Below are positions 62,673 through 64,000 of a DNA stretch of 64,000 bases, in pieces (position 1 is the first letter of the stretch; each line of letters begins with the position of its first letter). The DNA lies in NCBI GenBank assembly GCA_004195635.1, contig PSPT01000003.1, positions 38,146-102,145 of the forward strand. The letters run 5' to 3'. Origin of the DNA: Methanobacteriota archaeon. Its GTDB lineage: Archaea; Thermoplasmatota; Poseidoniia; Poseidoniales; Poseidoniaceae. The translations under genes and the position numbers were made by a program. Below the pieces are notes generated by a model. The model did not search any database and had not been told where the DNA came from. It saw only the letters and a program-made list of their open reading frames with translations.

Positions 62673-62790
62673 GGTTTAGCGGAGTGGAGAGGTGTTTATG
62701 GTGGCTCCGCCTAAGATGATAATTATCCGATCCGCCTCTGTAGAGCAACATGGCTTTATCAGCCAAAGACAGATATTGATGGCGAGTTGT

Positions 62791-63366
62791 TCAGAACTCA
62801 ACCTTTGGTGCTTGTCGCTCAATTTGAGAAGTTACTTCAAAGAGATCTCGGCGGATAGCGCCCATGAATCCAGCAACGATGTTGGTTGGAACCATCTGTA
62901 TGGCAGCATTCCAGTTGGTAGCACTAGAGTTGTAGAACTCACGGCGGTCGGCAACTTGGTTTTCAATTGAGACAATTTGTTTTTGTAATTCAAGGAAGTT
63001 AGTGTTGGCCTTTAGATCAGGATAGGCTTCCGAGAGGGCGAAGATTTTTGGCATCATACCTGAAAGCATACCTTCTGCTTGGGATACACCTTTGACATCT
63101 CCGCCAGCGAGGGCGTTAGATGCGGTGTTGCGGGCTTGGGCGAATTGTTCAAACAAGTCTTTTTCGTGGGTTGCATAGCCCTTGACTGTGTTGATTAGAT
63201 TGGGTAGCATGTCGTATCTTTGCTTTAGAAGAACGTCAATGTTTGCCCAAGATTGGTTGGCGTTTTCACGTAGACGGATAAGACGGTTCCAAGTTGAGAA
63301 GAACCAAAATACAATCATTAGAAAGAGTATTCCAGCTATTATTAGAACGACATATATAGGGTCCAT
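62791..63366 (-). CDS. lemA: LemA family protein
   Basis: WANIDVLLKQRYD, EAYPDLKAN, RREFYN. Confidence 0.92.
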   Translation of the reverse strand: MDPIYVVLIIAGILFLMIVFWFFSTWNRLIRLRENANQSWANIDVLLKQRYDMLPNLINTVKGYATHEKDLFEQFAQARNTASNALAGGDVKGVSQAEGMLSGMMPKIFALSEAYPDLKANTNFLELQKQIVSIENQVADRREFYNSSATNWNAAIQMVPTNIVAGFMGAIRRDLFEVTSQIERQAPKVEF

Positions 63367-63437
63367 AGTAAACTGGCGGTAGCGGTAGAAGTTAATGAAA
63401 TGTGCCCAGTAATAATACCTGCTCAAAAAGAATAAAC

Positions 63438-64000
63438 TTAGATGGCAATAAGTCCAGCTGCAGCAATCCATGCTCCTAACATTGAACCGACATTCGTTAA
63501 TGCAGTAACCAGTAATACCTTACCTGCCTTATTTTTCCAAAACAGATTCATCTCATCCAATTTCATGAAATCCTGTAAATCCTGCGCAGTCGGCTCAGCC
63601 ATCCTCATCTGAACATATCCGGCAAACCAACCCGCCGCTAGAGTCGGGTTGAGTGAAGTAATTGGACTGGCGAGGGCAGCGGTAATAATCGCCAAGGGAT
63701 GCCCTCTTGCTAACAAACAAAATAATGCCGCAGCACCGGCATTGAATGCAGTCCAGACAGTAAAAGTATGCAATAGCGCCTCCTTATCACCCGTATAAAT
63801 GAAGTATCCAGCAAGTGCCATTATTGCAATTGGCAGACCCCAAGTAACCACTTTCCACATTGGATTTGGCTTAGGAACCGTTGATAATTCACGCAATTTT
63901 TCTTCGTCAGGTGCCTCCTTAGATAAGTAATCTTCAATCCCATTAAGGTGTCCGGCACCGACAACTGCTAGCACTTTCCCATTACCCCTTAGTGCTGCGA
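63438..64000 (-). CDS. TraB/PrgY (pheromone-shutdown-like) family protein, C-terminal part
   Basis: AVVGAGHLNGI, ASPITSLNP, AAGWFAG. Confidence 0.88.
   Translation of the reverse strand, partial: AALRGNGKVLAVVGAGHLNGIEDYLSKEAPDEEKLRELSTVPKPNPMWKVVTWGLPIAIMALAGYFIYTGDKEALLHTFTVWTAFNAGAAALFCLLARGHPLAIITAALASPITSLNPTLAAGWFAGYVQMRMAEPTAQDLQDFMKLDEMNLFWKNKAGKVLLVTALTNVGSMLGAWIAAAGLIAI

Noticed and set aside
649-63382. Many short antisense or out-of-frame ORFs in the track (e.g. 34217-34834, 38432-39073, 61610-62137, 2168-2551)
   Set aside because: They mostly overlap well-supported genes and have no recognisable motifs or start signals.
63438-64000. Conjugation gene (TraB name)
   Set aside because: Belongs to the PrgY/pheromone-shutdown family common on archaeal chromosomes; no transfer genes nearby.

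Overview
Gene-dense archaeal chromosome segment. The fused RpoB, AsnRS, type-A RNase P RNA, giant CARDB/TSP3/ELWxxD surface proteins, GCFG lipobox proteins and MMPL transporter point to Marine Group II Euryarchaeota (Ca. Poseidoniales); this assignment is inferred, not searched. Core content: rpoH-B-A'-A''-rpl30e operon, three tRNAs (Lys-CUU, Pro-UGG, Lys-UUU), rnpB, pop5, asnS, rpiA, a purP-family gene, arcC, a thiolase, an FtsZ-like gene and glycosyltransferases. Main unusual items: (1) a remodelled RNA polymerase in which RpoH and RpoA'' carry the same extra N-terminal domain, RpoA' has a Cys-bracketed insertion and the RpoB Zn site is eroded; (2) a tRNA-Lys directly upstream of rpoH whose leader and trailer are both antisense to its own 5' end; (3) four paralogous archaeal coiled-coil proteins clustered with a roadblock protein, a KaiC-like ATPase and a GNAT; (4) an integrase-less 2.3-kb ELWxxD cassette bounded by a duplicated gene 3' end; (5) several apparent pseudoenzymes (Cys-less VKOR, Ser-less PdaD, DxD-less GT2, eroded FtsZ); (6) non-canonical TT(C/G)AW promoter boxes, including two symmetric bidirectional promoters; (7) a HemK-like methyltransferase-biotin ligase fusion with a frameshift. 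All family calls come from motif recognition by eye.
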